DNA of 64,000 nt. It comes from Podarcis vaucheri. Taxonomy: Eukaryota. The notes beneath the pieces are model-generated. The model saw only the letters and a program-made list of their open reading frames with translations. It was not told where the DNA came from and ran no database searches. Numbering within the stretch: position 1 is the stretch's first letter; every line of letters begins with the position of its first letter. Positions 63,260 through 64,000 of the stretch are shown piece by piece. The stretch lies in the NCBI GenBank assembly GCA_965113315.1, contig OZ220364.1. One strand, given 5' to 3'. The translations under genes and the position numbers were made by a program.

Positions 63260-63555
63260 TCCCCTGAAATCAGCCCTGAGTGCTCAGTGGAAGGACAGAT
63301 CGTGAAGCTGAGGCTCCAATACTTTGGCCACCTCATGAGAAGAGAAGACTCCCTGGAAAAGACCTTGATGCTGGGAAAGATTGAGGGCACAAGACGAAGG
63401 GGACGACAGAGGACGAGATGGTTGGACAGTGTTCTAGAAGCTACCAGCATGAGTTTGACCAAACTGGGAGGCAGTGGAAGACAGAAGTGCCTGGCGTGCT
63501 CAAGTCCATGGGGTCACGAAGAGTTGGACACAACTAAACGACTAAACAACAACAA
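63260..63555 (+). mobile_element. RTE-BovB LINE 3' end
   Basis: Translates to EGQIVKLRLQYFGHLMRREDSLEKTLMLGKIEGTRRRGRQRTRWLD (RTE ORF C-terminus), followed by the BovB-type 3' end and (CAA)n tail. Confidence 0.92.
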
Positions 63556-64000
63556 AAAGGAAGAATCAGGGCATGATGAAAAGGTGAAGGAAAGGAAGAA
63601 TGATCACAGATGGTTGAATGATGTGGATAGAAACATAAGGAGTTATGGGATTCCATTGACCTTGCATTGAACAGACCTTTCAGCATGAGGGCTGATTCAT
63701 ACATTGATTTTGACAGATGAAAAACATTTTACATATGCAAAAATGTAATGTGTGTGTACAAGAAATACAAGTACATAAGTAGGAAACTGGGTCTCCACCT
63801 GGGTATCCAGGAGCAATCTCTGAATGAGAAGTACCCTCAAGATAAAAAGGGGAAATGTAACACACACAAAAACTACTGCCCCACATCAAGAGCAGGCAAG
63901 TCTATTCTAATCCCACATCATTAACTTCTCTGTTGTATTCAACTGAATTCAGTGGGACATATTTTAAGTAGGCAGTTGCCACAGAAGTTTTGGGAAATAA

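Noticed and set aside
63287-63670. 127-aa ORF as a host gene
   Set aside because: It is the C-terminus of a truncated BovB ORF running into flanking DNA

Overview
Vertebrate genomic DNA, most likely a squamate (lizard), judging by Sauria SINE, BovB, CR1/L2 and hAT/mariner MITE content. The window carries the gene block DBN1-PRR7-GRK6, the same order I recall for human 5q35.3. It contains the last four coding exons and 3'UTR of drebrin (DBN1, +), a complete two-coding-exon PRR7 (-, 239 aa) that converges tail-to-tail on DBN1, and a complete 16-coding-exon GRK6 (-, 575 aa A-form) with its CpG-island promoter. All exon boundaries were traced by hand and have GT/AG ends and consistent phases. The most striking signal is a 2-nt microexon site (ccag|AG|gtgagc, 34953-34954) in the last GRK6 intron. 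It can produce three C-termini (A, B and C-like) by skipping, inclusion or read-through. Other leads: an orphan CpG-island promoter at about 23.3-23.9 kb with a 43-codon Cys-rich ORF, a CpG-rich hAT MITE nested inside a mariner MITE in GRK6 intron 1, an in-frame stop-free last intron and 36-nt internal duplications in DBN1, and head-on poly(A) signals between DBN1 and PRR7. I found no convincing evidence of a wholly new multi-gene system. Most short ORFs in the track are intronic, antisense or GC-driven noise.
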